A stretch of 63,992 nucleotides of DNA, filler included, from Acidimicrobiia bacterium (GCA_041577335.1; 8 parts of 8 records of this genome joined end to end with filler, not necessarily neighbours in it); one strand, 5' to 3'. Shown: positions 27,477 to 37,338, counted from the whole stretch's first letter. A program made the numbers and translations. Notes: a model not told the origin generated them from the sequence alone.

Positions 27477-28544
27477 TTATCTCAAAGCTTCTTCGAACTC
27501 GAACAGCAGGGCCGACAAAAGAGCCCTATCTCCGTTCGTCAATGCTTCACCGGACGCGAGTTTCTCTTCCAGATCATCAACGACGGCCACAGTCAGGTCG
27601 GGCTGGGACGTGGCCGGGGCCACCATCGTCCCGAGGGCAACGAGCGTCGCAAGCGTCGCCGCATCGTCGCGCCCGTCGGGGCTGTACTGAACCGGGATGA
27701 CGCTCAGCTCAACGACGAGATCGGTGAGGTATTCGGAGAGGGATGCCATCTTGAAGTAATCGAGCTTCTCGGGAGTGTCCTGTGGAGTGTGATAGTGCCG
27801 AGTTCGCCCCGAGGTGAAGAACAAGTAGGGGATTGAGGCCTGCTCAAACGCGTAGTGGTCGCTAAGAGGGGGAGCGATGCCACCGTGGAGCCTTCTCGGA
27901 AGAATCCCATCAACAGCGACACCGTCGACCAGTTCACCGACGCCAGGTGCCCGCTCGGCGCCGAGCACGAATATTGACTCCTGGCCCTCAGGGGGTAGCG
28001 ACTCATCTCCGAGCGAATGCCCCACGATGTCGAGACAGACCATGAGATCGATTCGCTCGAGGGGCACGGTGGGATTCGACACGAAGTGGACCGATCCCAT
28101 GTGTTCCGTCATGAAATACGGTGGTTCTTCGGCATCGAAAGAGCACACGAGCACGCTCCGGCCGAGACTGTCCCGGACCGCCAACTGCGCTGCTGTCTCG
28201 ACAAGAACAGCTACCGCTGCAGCGTTGTCATTGGCTCCCGGGTATGTGTCACCGAACCAAACACCCAGATGGTCATAGTGCGCCGCCAGAACGACGAACC
28301 GCTCGGACTTCGGGCCGGCTCCGGGGATGATTCCCAGCAGGTTGGCTCCGCCTATTGCCGGAATAGCCTGCAAGTAGGCATCCTCGCCGGCGGGCACGAG
28401 ACCGATTGATTCGAACTGCTCGTGGACAAAACGCCTCGCTTTCGCACCGCCGGGCGTGCCGGCAGCCCGACCTTCCAGTTCAGGCGATGCGAGGAACTCG
28501 ACCACCTCACGAAGGTGGGCTGAACGCTCGGCTTTGGTGTCCAT
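27477..28544 (-). CDS. M28 family metallopeptidase
   Basis: LEGR, AHYDHLG, PGANDNAA, FDAEE, SDHYAF and YHTPQD. Confidence 0.92.
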   Translation of the reverse strand: MDTKAERSAHLREVVEFLASPELEGRAAGTPGGAKARRFVHEQFESIGLVPAGEDAYLQAIPAIGGANLLGIIPGAGPKSERFVVLAAHYDHLGVWFGDTYPGANDNAAAVAVLVETAAQLAVRDSLGRSVLVCSFDAEEPPYFMTEHMGSVHFVSNPTVPLERIDLMVCLDIVGHSLGDESLPPEGQESIFVLGAERAPGVGELVDGVAVDGILPRRLHGGIAPPLSDHYAFEQASIPYLFFTSGRTRHYHTPQDTPEKLDYFKMASLSEYLTDLVVELSVIPVQYSPDGRDDAATLATLVALGTMVAPATSQPDLTVAVVDDLEEKLASGEALTNGDRALLSALLFEFEEALR

Positions 28545-28630
28545 CGTTTGACAGCGTCCTTGAGAAGTTGCCCCGTTCGCCGAGGCTAGAGGATGTGCCG
28601 GCGCGATGTGGCCAGGGGCAGAAATCGATT

Positions 28631-28653
28631 CCTCTCGAGCACAGCTCGAGAGG
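28631..28653. terminator. 10-bp perfect hairpin CCTCTCGAGC-ACA-GCTCGAGAGG
   Basis: Intergenic inverted repeat at the contig end. Confidence 0.45.
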
Positions 28654-28660
28654 CGCCGAC

Positions 28661-28760
28661 NNNNNNNNNNNNNNNNNNNNNNNNNNNNNNNNNNNNNNNN
28701 NNNNTTAATTAATTAANNNNNNNNNNNNNNNNNNNNNNNNNNNNNNNNNNNNNNNNNNNN
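28661..28760. other. Artificial contig linker
   Basis: N44-TTAATTAATTAA-N44. Confidence 0.99.
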
Positions 28761-28995
28761 CGAAAGGAACCATGCGTCGGTCGCGCCGCCACATGTAGGC
28801 GGCTTCGACTATTTCGACGCTCTCGTCAACAAACCGCAAAATCGATCGGATGAGGTTTGCCTTGCGCACAAAGGACGAGACTAACCCCGTGTGCGGAGCG
28901 GCTGCCTCCCATCCCGATACGTCGGCTGATGGTCATCCACAGCGTCGGCCATGGCCGAGTAGCGTCGGAAACGCCCGTTTCGAAAGGGGATCCTC

Positions 28996-29436
28996 ATGGC
29001 GCACGGAGATGAACTGCTCCGGGACTATCAATTCGTGGTGGAGATCGGCGGCCTCGACGATCAATTGCACTTCAGCGAAGTATCTGGGCTCGGGGTAAAG
29101 GTTGCCGCCATCCAGTTTCGCTCGGGCGGCGATGTCGACACCGTCGGCCGAGTGGTCCCGGGACAGGTGAGCTACGGCCCCGTCACGTTGAAACGGGGGC
29201 TTGCCAGAGACATGGCCCTGTGGCGTTGGCTTTCCAGTATCGAAGACGGACAGGCGGATTTCCGGCCCGTCACCATCTCGATTCTCGGTGAGAATCGCCA
29301 ACCGGCCGTCGCGTTTCGGCTCCGTTCTGCTTGGCCGTCACGATTGGAGCTCGGTGCACTCAAGGGTCTCGGCAACGACGTGGCCATCGAGACCCTAGAG
29401 CTGACATTCGAGCATCTCGACGTGGAAGACATGTGA
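28996..29436 (+). CDS. T4 gp19-like / eCIS (Afp1/5-type) tail tube protein
   Basis: YQFVVEI, FSEVSGL, YGPVTLKRG, LWRW, AWP and NDVAIETLEL; RBS AAGGGG. Confidence 0.9.
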   Translation: MAHGDELLRDYQFVVEIGGLDDQLHFSEVSGLGVKVAAIQFRSGGDVDTVGRVVPGQVSYGPVTLKRGLARDMALWRWLSSIEDGQADFRPVTISILGENRQPAVAFRLRSAWPSRLELGALKGLGNDVAIETLELTFEHLDVEDM

Positions 29437-29789
29437 GCGGCCCCTACGTCGTCCTCGACACGGCACTGGCCGACGGTCTGTTGTGGTTGATCGTGGAAAA
29501 CGTCGGCGACGAGCCGGCTCACAAGATCTCGGTTCGCTTCTCGCGCGCACTGATGGGACTGGGCGGGTCGGTAGAGATATCGGCGCTGCCGCTCTTCCGG
29601 GACCTCGGATTCCTTGCGCCCGGGAAGAGCCACCGGGTGGTGCTCGACCGCGCCGACCTGCATCTGCGCGGCCGGCGCCGACACGTGTTCACCGCCGTGG
29701 TGGACTTCTCCGACGACCGGGGCCGAGCACACACTACGAAACAGCGCCACAACCTCGACATCTACCGGGAATACCCCACGACGCCGTAG
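29433..29789 (+). CDS. Hypothetical beta-rich (Ig/CARDB-like) protein coupled to the tube gene
   Basis: GTGA overlap; LIVENVGDEPA and FLAPG motifs. Confidence 0.72.
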   Translation: MSGPYVVLDTALADGLLWLIVENVGDEPAHKISVRFSRALMGLGGSVEISALPLFRDLGFLAPGKSHRVVLDRADLHLRGRRRHVFTAVVDFSDDRGRAHTTKQRHNLDIYREYPTTP

Positions 29790-29816
29790 AGCGTGCAGCC
29801 GCGTGGCGGCGTCGCC

Positions 29817-31034
29817 TCAGCCTTCGGCGGAGCGCCACGCTTCGCGCAGCTTGGTCCGGCTCGTCCCAAATCGGAGCAAACCGCCGGCGTAGATACGGCC
29901 CGCCAGCCGGACCCCGAGGTACAGCGTTACAAGGAGGAGCAGCAGCGACAGCCCGTACTGCCACACGGGGATCGCATCCAGCGACACACGGATGGGAACC
30001 ACAAATGGCGCGGTGAATGGAATCAGAGTCGTGACGACCGCTACCGGACCGTCGGGGTCGGCGAGCACCGCGAACCCGGCGAAGAAGCCGCCAATCGACA
30101 AAATGGTCATCGGCATGGCGGCGCTCTGCGCCTCCTCGATGCGACTGACCAGCGCCCCCGCTGCACCAAACATCGTTGCGTACAGCAAGAACCCGAGAAC
30201 GAACCAGACGATGAGATTGATCAGCGACATCACCGCGATGTCAGGAAGCTCCACCGGTCCTGACACCTGCAGCGCGACGTAGGCGACAGCGATGGTCGAG
30301 GCGAACTGGCCAATTGCCAGGGAGCCAATACCCACGATCTTGCCGGCCAGGAGATGCCAGGGCCGGATCGCAGAGATCAGGACTTCCACGACTCGGTTCG
30401 ACTTCTCTTCGGTCACGCCGGTCAGAATCCACGTCCCGTAGAGGATGATGGCCAGGTACAGCAGCAACAGCCCGAAGTAGGCGGCGATTGCCTGCCCTTC
30501 CTCGTCCGCTCCTTGTTCAACGAGGGTGGTCACCTCGAGAGCGTCGGTGGTCAAAACGCCGATGACCTCTTCGGCGGCACGACCGTTTTCAGCTGCGATG
30601 GCCTCCAGCGCCATGGCGCCGGCGGCCTGTTGCAGAAACGGCGTGGGCCCGGTCTCGCCGAAGAAGCCGCCAAGCCGCTCCGTCACCAGCTCAGTGCCGT
30701 CGATGAGCACCACATCGACATCTCCAGCCTCGATGGCAGCCTCGGCGGCCTCTCGGTCGGTCAGCGAGATGACCTCCATGGCGACCGACGGATCCGCGTC
30801 CTCTTCATCGTCGGAGTTGGCGAAGAGCACCGCGTTGGTGACGATCTCCGCGTTGCCTTCTCCCACCGACCCCACCTTGTACTCCTCGGGCGAGCCGTCG
30901 AAGAAGCCGGGGACGATGATCAGCGCCAACACGATGGCAATGGTGAGGAGGGTGGTCACGAGGTAGGCCTTCGACCGAATCCGCTGCCGCATTTCCCGCC
31001 CGGCGACCAGCCGGATTGCCTGTGTCGAAGTCAT
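29817..31034 (-). CDS. ABC-2 type permease (NatB/YhaP-like)
   Basis: VAGRE...RSKAY, VTEEKSNRVVEVL, LLAGKIVG and IPFTAP. Confidence 0.9.
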   Translation of the reverse strand: MTSTQAIRLVAGREMRQRIRSKAYLVTTLLTIAIVLALIIVPGFFDGSPEEYKVGSVGEGNAEIVTNAVLFANSDDEEDADPSVAMEVISLTDREAAEAAIEAGDVDVVLIDGTELVTERLGGFFGETGPTPFLQQAAGAMALEAIAAENGRAAEEVIGVLTTDALEVTTLVEQGADEEGQAIAAYFGLLLLYLAIILYGTWILTGVTEEKSNRVVEVLISAIRPWHLLAGKIVGIGSLAIGQFASTIAVAYVALQVSGPVELPDIAVMSLINLIVWFVLGFLLYATMFGAAGALVSRIEEAQSAAMPMTILSIGGFFAGFAVLADPDGPVAVVTTLIPFTAPFVVPIRVSLDAIPVWQYGLSLLLLLVTLYLGVRLAGRIYAGGLLRFGTSRTKLREAWRSAEG

Positions 31035-31918
31035 CGCACCGCCTCCCGGAACAGGTCGGTGAGCGACGGCGTCGTATAGGTGAAATGGCGCACTTCGCCG
31101 GCTGCTTGTGCTTTGGCGAGCAGACGTCGGACATCGACCGCCGAGTCGACAACGGCGGTACGAGTTGCCCCGGCGTGGGACGTATAACGAACGCCCTCCA
31201 AATCGGCGAGCAGGTCGTCGTCGGAATCTGTGATTTCGTACTCCAGGTGGCGAATGGGAGCAGCATCCTTGAGTTCTCGAACAACACCTTCGAGGACGAT
31301 CTCGCCTGCGTTGATGATGGCTACGTCCTCGCAGAGGTCCTCCACCAAATCGAGTTGATGCGACGAAAACACAACGGCTTTACCCCGAGCAGCCTCCTCC
31401 ATGAGGATCTCCGACATGGTGTCGGCGGCGATCGGGTCGAGCCCGCTGAACGGCTCGTCGAGTACCAACAACTCGGGATCGTGAGCCAGCGCCACCGCCA
31501 GCTGCACCCGCTGCTGATTCCCGTGCGACAGCGAGTCGAGCTGGTCGCCTGCGCGTTCACCAAGTCCGAGGCGATCCAACCAGTGATGAGCAGCCGCAGT
31601 AGCAGCGGCAGCATCGAGGCCGTGCAACCGGCCGAAATATGCAACTTGATCGGCGCTCTTCATACGCGGATACAGGCCACGCTGCTCGGGCATGTACCCG
31701 AAGCGTCGGCGCATCTCGGCATCGATGGGCACACCGTCCCACGTCACCGATCCGCTGTCGGGACGGATCAGCCCGAAGACTGCCCGCATGGCGGTTGTCT
31801 TTCCGGCACCGTTGGGGCCGAGGAAGCCGAGCATCCTGCCGCGCTCGACCTGTAGCGAGCAGCCGTCGAGTGCCACGACGGCGCCGTAACGTTTGGTGAG
31901 TGATTCGATGCGCATCAT
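31031..31918 (-). CDS. ABC-2 ATP-binding protein
   Basis: GPNGAGKT, GYMPEQRGLY, LSHGNQQ, LDEPFSGLD and SSHQ. Confidence 0.92.
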   Translation of the reverse strand: MMRIESLTKRYGAVVALDGCSLQVERGRMLGFLGPNGAGKTTAMRAVFGLIRPDSGSVTWDGVPIDAEMRRRFGYMPEQRGLYPRMKSADQVAYFGRLHGLDAAAATAAAHHWLDRLGLGERAGDQLDSLSHGNQQRVQLAVALAHDPELLVLDEPFSGLDPIAADTMSEILMEEAARGKAVVFSSHQLDLVEDLCEDVAIINAGEIVLEGVVRELKDAAPIRHLEYEITDSDDDLLADLEGVRYTSHAGATRTAVVDSAVDVRRLLAKAQAAGEVRHFTYTTPSLTDLFREAVR

Positions 31919-32027
31919 GGGAGCGTGCAGGCTAGGACCGGCGGCGGCCAGATCGAAAACCCCATAGATCTGAGCTGGCTGCTGACGGTGACATGGCGCT
32001 CCTGGAGGTGGTTGTGCGCTCGCGAGC

Positions 32028-32056
32028 GAAGGGGCGAACGTACCGTCCGCCCCTTC
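32028..32056 (-). terminator. Hairpin downstream of the 32087-33202 gene
   Basis: GAAGGGGCG...CGCCCCTTC stem. Confidence 0.5.
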
Positions 32057-32086
32057 CACTTCCTACCTGCGTCTCTTCCGGCCGAG

Positions 32087-33202
32087 CTATCCAGCCATGG
32101 CCATCTGTGGCTCGACGGGAGGCGTCTCCTCGCTCTTGACCTTCCGAACGCCGGCAATCCACGCACCGGTGCCCAACACGATGACCAGGAAGCCAACGAT
32201 TGGGCCCAGCACCGGGACCATGCCGATCGCGACGAGGATCAAGACGCCGAGCGCCATCCAGGCGAATCGATTGGCGCTCGGGACGATGCGCTTGCCGATC
32301 CAGGTGCCGATGGTGACCGGCGCCACAAAGACGAGCGTCGTGAACGCCACCAGAGCACCGACCGCCAGCGCGGCCAGCATCGCGAAGATGAATAGGCCGA
32401 CCCACGAGCCCAGGCCGGAGATCCCGGCGAGAATTGCCAAGAGGATCCCGGCGATCAAGACAACGAATGGCAGGAGCGCCAGCAGGACCAGGAATCCGAG
32501 TCCCCAACCCACCGACTCCAACCAGCGGGACTCCGCCCGCTCGATGGCAGCAGTGGTGCGGCCGAAAAACGCCCAGATCATCAGTGCGCCGAAGAGCAGC
32601 AGCGAGATCGCTCGGAGCAGGCCCTCGACAAACGGGCTGCGTGCCTCGACGACCGTGGCACCTGCATCGTCGAGAGTGACATCTTCGATTCCGCCGATGG
32701 AACCCGTGTTGGAATAGGTCCCGGCGCTTCCGAGCACGTCGCGGCCCACGTCTCCAGACAGTGTGGCCTGGCCGCCGGTGAAGAGGAAGTCCTCACCGAC
32801 CGTCCCACTCATCGTGGTTTGTCCGCCCGCCAGGGCAGCGTCCTCGCCGGCACTACCGGACAGATTGATCTGGCCGCCGGCTGCCCTGACGTCTCCGGCC
32901 ACGGTCCCCGAGATCGTGATCGTTCCACCCATCGCGTAGAGATCGCCTTCGACGACTCCGTCGATGTCGATCTGGCCCCCAAATGCGATGACATCGCCGA
33001 GCACGGTTCCCTGGATGGCGAGCGTGCCGCCGAAGATGTAGAGATCGCCATCTACGGTCTCGCTGCGGGGAATGGTGATCGAATCACCGGTCCGCACCTT
33101 CCCACCCAAGAACTCATCGGTTCCCTGAGCGGCGACGGCGGGACCAACAGCAACTATCAATCCCAATGTCAGAATCAGTACCAGAATGTGTCGTTTCGAC
33201 AT
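32087..33202 (-). CDS. Membrane protein with an exported bactofilin-like GD/GG beta-helix repeat region
   Basis: Signal peptide, repeated (V/I)xGDxxxxGGxxxIxGx units, C-terminal multi-TM region. Confidence 0.8.
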   Translation of the reverse strand: MSKRHILVLILTLGLIVAVGPAVAAQGTDEFLGGKVRTGDSITIPRSETVDGDLYIFGGTLAIQGTVLGDVIAFGGQIDIDGVVEGDLYAMGGTITISGTVAGDVRAAGGQINLSGSAGEDAALAGGQTTMSGTVGEDFLFTGGQATLSGDVGRDVLGSAGTYSNTGSIGGIEDVTLDDAGATVVEARSPFVEGLLRAISLLLFGALMIWAFFGRTTAAIERAESRWLESVGWGLGFLVLLALLPFVVLIAGILLAILAGISGLGSWVGLFIFAMLAALAVGALVAFTTLVFVAPVTIGTWIGKRIVPSANRFAWMALGVLILVAIGMVPVLGPIVGFLVIVLGTGAWIAGVRKVKSEETPPVEPQMAMAG

Positions 33203-33451
33203 AGTCCGCTCCTTCTCTCAAACCAGAGGGGTTCCGGCTGAACCCCGACCCGTCGGAGCTGCCTCTGGGTAACACGGAGCATCTTCGACGAGCGGGCTCT
33301 CTCGCCGCTCGTCGGCTCCCCTTTGGATTGATCGTCTCGAATACGGGAGACGACGGCAAGAGTCTTAGGTCACGTCCCATGCAGGCAGGATGGGCGCCGA
33401 GGAGTTTTCGCCAGGAGCGGGGCGAACTGCACACGGCGCCTGGCCCGCCGT

Positions 33452-34513
33452 CTAGGGCACATACTGCTCGACAATCGAGACGATCTCACCCCCCGTGATC
33501 GTGATCCACATCGACGGCTGGTAGTCCCGACTGGACCAGCCGGTCGCCCACGTGCCGTAATCCACGATCGTCGAGTCGGGCCCGCCCGTAGGGCTCAACT
33601 GTGCAACCTCGGTGCCGGCAGCGACCGGCACATCCCGAAGTTGGTCTGACTCGTTCCGCACGTAGTAATCGTTGGGCGGTGGTGACTCGGATCCGTCCTC
33701 GGCGGCCGCATCTGCCGCGGCGCTGGCCGAGAACCAGCAAGCGAGATCAAACTGGACCTCGTCGGGGCCCGCTGCGGCAGCAAAGCCGAACCACTCCCCA
33801 TCCGGCAGCTCTTCCGTGCCAGGGGTGCACCCCGAGCCCGATGCCTGTTGGTAGATGTCGAGGTCCACCGTGACCGAGCCGGCTCGGGTCTGGTCTTGGC
33901 ACTCGCTCTGCAGCCAGTTGTAGAACACGTCGCAGCTGCCAAAGATGCTGTAGCGGACCCGTTCGACGTCATCGAACTGAAAGGCGGTGGCGTTCAGCGA
34001 CGCCAGCAACGAGGCGCTCCCACAGCTCGTGGATGCGTTGCTCAGTTGCTCTCTGAAGTCCATGAAATCCACGGCGAGGAAATCCTCTTCGAGGCTCACC
34101 GATACGACCGAGCCAGCGGTTTCCTCGGAGAAAAAGGATCCAGCACCTTCGGCGACTTCGGCTGTTGTTGGGCCGCCGACGAGCTCGCCAAAGGCAGCAG
34201 CAACGGGATCATCCGACCCCGATACGGCTCGTTGGAAAGCGGCGACTTCGCTGCAATCAGACCCGTCGCCCGTCGAGAAGAACAGGTCGACCAGGCCATC
34301 GATCGTTGCGGACGTGGTGGGTGACGGAACGGCCGTCGTGGGCAGAGGAACGGACGTGCTGCCCGGCGAAGTCGTTGTCAACGGCACGACCGTCGTCGTC
34401 TGATCAGTGGCGGCAGGCGCCGTACCCTCGGGTTCCGCTTCGCCACCGCACGCCGCGCCCAAGAGCACAAACACCATCAACAGCCCAAAGAGACGGAACC
34501 GCTGAGTGAGCAT
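33452..34513 (-). CDS. GerMN-domain lipoprotein
   Basis: RBS AAGGAGG, lipobox GAAC, Thr-rich linker, ELVGGPT and TAFQFDDVERV. Confidence 0.75.
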   Translation of the reverse strand: MLTQRFRLFGLLMVFVLLGAACGGEAEPEGTAPAATDQTTTVVPLTTTSPGSTSVPLPTTAVPSPTTSATIDGLVDLFFSTGDGSDCSEVAAFQRAVSGSDDPVAAAFGELVGGPTTAEVAEGAGSFFSEETAGSVVSVSLEEDFLAVDFMDFREQLSNASTSCGSASLLASLNATAFQFDDVERVRYSIFGSCDVFYNWLQSECQDQTRAGSVTVDLDIYQQASGSGCTPGTEELPDGEWFGFAAAAGPDEVQFDLACWFSASAAADAAAEDGSESPPPNDYYVRNESDQLRDVPVAAGTEVAQLSPTGGPDSTIVDYGTWATGWSSRDYQPSMWITITGGEIVSIVEQYVP

Positions 34514-34562
34514 GGTCACCTCCTTCAAGAACGCGCAGGGAATCAGTGTGTTCCGGACATTT

Positions 34563-34588
34563 GACGAAATGGGGACGCCGTCGGTTCC
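34563..34588 (-). promoter_or_regulatory. ECF sigma promoter GGAACC-N16-CGTC
   Basis: Minus strand reads GGAACC gacggcgtccccattt CGTC, about 50 nt upstream of the lipoprotein ATG. Confidence 0.6.
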
Positions 34589-34661
34589 CAACCGGACGTT
34601 GCTCGGGCGACCATGTCGTTCCTCACGGAAGTCCGATGGATCGGTCTGCCGGAAACCGCGA

Positions 34662-35870
34662 TCAGTTGCCGTGGCGGCTGCCCGGATCGCGTGGATACTC
34701 GCCAAAGACTGCCGTGAAAGCTGACGGAGCGAGGTCCGGGTCGGCCCACCGGCCCGAGGTGATGAGGTTGGCGGCCACCGCTCCGATGGCGTCCGCACTC
34801 TTGGCAGCGTGGCCGTTGCCGCCAACTGCGACAAACAGCCCGTCGTCGACCTGGTCCACGTATGGCAGGCCATGGACGGTATCGGTGATGAGGCACGGTT
34901 TCATGGTGAAGCTCTCGAAACGGACGCCAGGCAGGATTTCGGTGAGCACTGTGCGCATCGATGCGAGTTGCTCGTCGGCTGCATTGCCTGCCATCCACGC
35001 CCGCTTCTCCTCGGCGGAGGTCAGTGCCCCGGCCTCGGCCCACGAGCCACCCATCTTCAAGTAGTAGTCGCCGTCGGGGTAACGGACAGGTGGGACCACG
35101 TACACATCGTCGTGGTTGGGGTGGTCGAGAAGGTAGATGAGGGTGGGCAGATCTGCGAGGCGCTCTGCCTCTTCGGGGGATACCCGTCCCAGCACCACCG
35201 CTTCCGGGACCACCTCCGCCGCCAAGGGTTTGGGAAGGAGGTCGTTGAGATACGGCCCGGTGGCGATGAGGACCCTCTCGGCCTCGACCGGATCGGCTCG
35301 GTGGCACTCGACGCGGAACCCACCGGCCTGACGACTGACCGCGATTGCATGTGTACGGAGCACGGTGGAGCCTTGCCGGCGAGCGACTGTGAGCTGCGCC
35401 TCGGCCATACGCCGCGGGTCGATGTAGCCGGCTGGACCGGGTTCGTGAAGCAGCGTCCAGCCTCTTGGGAACACGAAGTGAGGGATGTCGCCCGACCTCT
35501 CCTCGGTTGAGCTGATCGTGACTGGCAGGTCGAGCTCGTCGATCACGGCGAGCTGATTGGCAATTCCAGCTGCGTCGTTGCGGACGAAAACATGACCGAC
35601 CGGGTTGTGAAACGTGATTCCCGAACCGGCTTCGATGATTGGGTACTGAGCGATCGCACGGCTTGCCAGCACCGCCCATTCCCGCCTTGCGTCCAAACGC
35701 CGGGAGACCCGACCCGAGTCGTAGTGGCTGGCGAACGGGCCGGTGTGTACAGCCCAGTCGCTCGGCTCGGCGGGTCCAATGCCGACTACGGAGGGTCCGT
35801 GACCGGAGAGATGTCGTAGGGCAGCGCTGCCCATCAGACCTAGCCCTATCACTGCCACGTCGAAAGACAT
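34662..35870 (-). CDS. FAD-dependent oxidoreductase (sarcosine oxidase/DAO family)
   Basis: VIGLGLMGSA, SHYDSGR, GYIDP and GGNGHAAKSAD. Confidence 0.88.
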   Translation of the reverse strand: MSFDVAVIGLGLMGSAALRHLSGHGPSVVGIGPAEPSDWAVHTGPFASHYDSGRVSRRLDARREWAVLASRAIAQYPIIEAGSGITFHNPVGHVFVRNDAAGIANQLAVIDELDLPVTISSTEERSGDIPHFVFPRGWTLLHEPGPAGYIDPRRMAEAQLTVARRQGSTVLRTHAIAVSRQAGGFRVECHRADPVEAERVLIATGPYLNDLLPKPLAAEVVPEAVVLGRVSPEEAERLADLPTLIYLLDHPNHDDVYVVPPVRYPDGDYYLKMGGSWAEAGALTSAEEKRAWMAGNAADEQLASMRTVLTEILPGVRFESFTMKPCLITDTVHGLPYVDQVDDGLFVAVGGNGHAAKSADAIGAVAANLITSGRWADPDLAPSAFTAVFGEYPRDPGSRHGN

Positions 35871-35879
35871 GCGGCGAGG

Positions 35880-36440
35880 TTAGGCGACTGCCCGAAAGCG
35901 GAAGCGACCCTCCACCGATTCCACCTCCGCCGTGGAGAAACCGGCGGTACGCAGGCGCGACTCGAAGAATGCCGGATCGACCGGATTGTGCGTGTCGAAC
36001 AGATGAAACAGCCGAAACCGGAGGCTGGTCGCGCTGTCGCTGCCTGCCAACACCCCTCCGTCTCGGAGAACACGCCGGGACTGCGCCAGCACCGCATCTT
36101 GGGCGGCGCTCGTTGGGACGTGATGGAGCATCGTGCAGCAAACCACGGTGACGAACGCACCGTCCGGGAACGGCATGGCGGCCGCGTCACCGGTCTCCAC
36201 CTTGACTCGATCTCGGTAGCGGTGCCGAAGCCTTTCGGCGGCCGACAGGTCGATCTCCAGGGTCGTGAGATCTTCGACTCCATATCGCACCAGTGCCTCG
36301 GTCACGAGGCCTGGTCCAGGCCCGATCTCCAGCACCGGGCCGGACAAATCAACTCCTTCAAGCACCCACGGCAATACCTGCCCGACCATCAACTCACGCC
36401 ATGCCTCCGAAGCGCAGTAACGATTGTGAAGCCGGTTCAT
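35880..36440 (-). CDS. Class I SAM-dependent methyltransferase
   Basis: VLEIGPGPG, GDAAAMPF, MLHHV and RVLRDGG. Confidence 0.88.
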   Translation of the reverse strand: MNRLHNRYCASEAWRELMVGQVLPWVLEGVDLSGPVLEIGPGPGLVTEALVRYGVEDLTTLEIDLSAAERLRHRYRDRVKVETGDAAAMPFPDGAFVTVVCCTMLHHVPTSAAQDAVLAQSRRVLRDGGVLAGSDSATSLRFRLFHLFDTHNPVDPAFFESRLRTAGFSTAEVESVEGRFRFRAVA

Positions 36441-36508
36441 AGTCCTGACATTATCTCCGGGCGGAGCGTGGTCGGGGACGGCATGCAAGGGCGCGCCGCT
36501 CGGGCGCG

Positions 36509-37336
36509 CTACAAGCCAAGGTGGCGCAGAATGCCCGTTTCGATGAGGGACTCATCCCCGGACCAGCGCTCCTCGAGGTTCTCGGTGCCGACATATGCGA
36601 ACAGGGCCTCCCTCAGATCGCCGCCGGCATCCCACCCGGCCAACTCCAGAGCAGCGCGCACCCGGTCGGCCAGGACAGCATCCAGGACGACGAACTCGAG
36701 ATCCTCGGGGCGGGGGAAGATCAACCGGTGGATGTCCAGCAGGCGGCTCAGCTCACCAACGGGATGAGCGTGATCGTCCACCCTCAGGTCCACCGTCACG
36801 TCGGTGCCACCGCCGTAGCCGCCACCCTCCCGCACCACGAGCATGGCCGCACTTTGGCGACCGCGCTTGTCTCCGCCCGCTTGATCTCCCGCTGCGAGCG
36901 CAGCGAGCAGTCTGGCCGTCAGATCGCCGGCACTCGTTTCGAACGTCGTGCCCATCGCTTCCATGACTTCAGGTCCTGTGAGGATGTTGCCCTGACAGGT
37001 GTAGCCACCACCGGTGAGGCCGCCTGCCCAGTCGAAGCACTCGGATCCGGTGAAGGTGGCGACGCCACCAACCGCATCCACAAGCCCGACCTGGCGGTGC
37101 TCCTTCTCCGGATCGCGGCCCACGAGAGTGGCCAGGGTATCCGATGCAGACGCTCCGGTGGCAAGCATCTCCAGCCCTTCGGGGCCGTAGGCGACGTTCG
37201 CCATCGCCTGGGTGGCGATGGCACCTGCCCCCGCCTGAGCCCAGCCGACCACGGCACCGACCGCCAGGAATTTCGACGCTACGGCAACGCCCCACTCGTC
37301 GGTGGCTCCATCTCTCGCCACGATCGAGAAGGTCAT
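36509..37336 (-). CDS. DUF1028 (Ntn-hydrolase-like) protein
   Basis: MTFSIVARD, GAIATQA, RQVG, QGNIL, GGDKRGRQSAA and LRVDDH. Confidence 0.9.
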   Translation of the reverse strand: MTFSIVARDGATDEWGVAVASKFLAVGAVVGWAQAGAGAIATQAMANVAYGPEGLEMLATGASASDTLATLVGRDPEKEHRQVGLVDAVGGVATFTGSECFDWAGGLTGGGYTCQGNILTGPEVMEAMGTTFETSAGDLTARLLAALAAGDQAGGDKRGRQSAAMLVVREGGGYGGGTDVTVDLRVDDHAHPVGELSRLLDIHRLIFPRPEDLEFVVLDAVLADRVRAALELAGWDAGGDLREALFAYVGTENLEERWSGDESLIETGILRHLGL

Positions 37337-37338
37337 CG

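Noticed and set aside
27011..27700. 229-aa plus-strand ORF
   Set aside because: Shadow of the minus-strand HAD pseudogene and the M28 gene; low-complexity Arg/Ser-rich translation.
28761..28870. Short minus-strand frame MRKANLIRSILRFVDES... at the contig edge
   Set aside because: Possibly a real gene start, but only about 36 codons are visible, too little to call.
28996..29436. Prophage
   Set aside because: No integrase, capsid, terminase or other phage genes on the contig.
33223..33270. Possible c-di-AMP (ydaO) riboswitch
   Set aside because: The partial resemblance is on the wrong strand and the conserved core is missing. Kept only as an unassigned structured leader.
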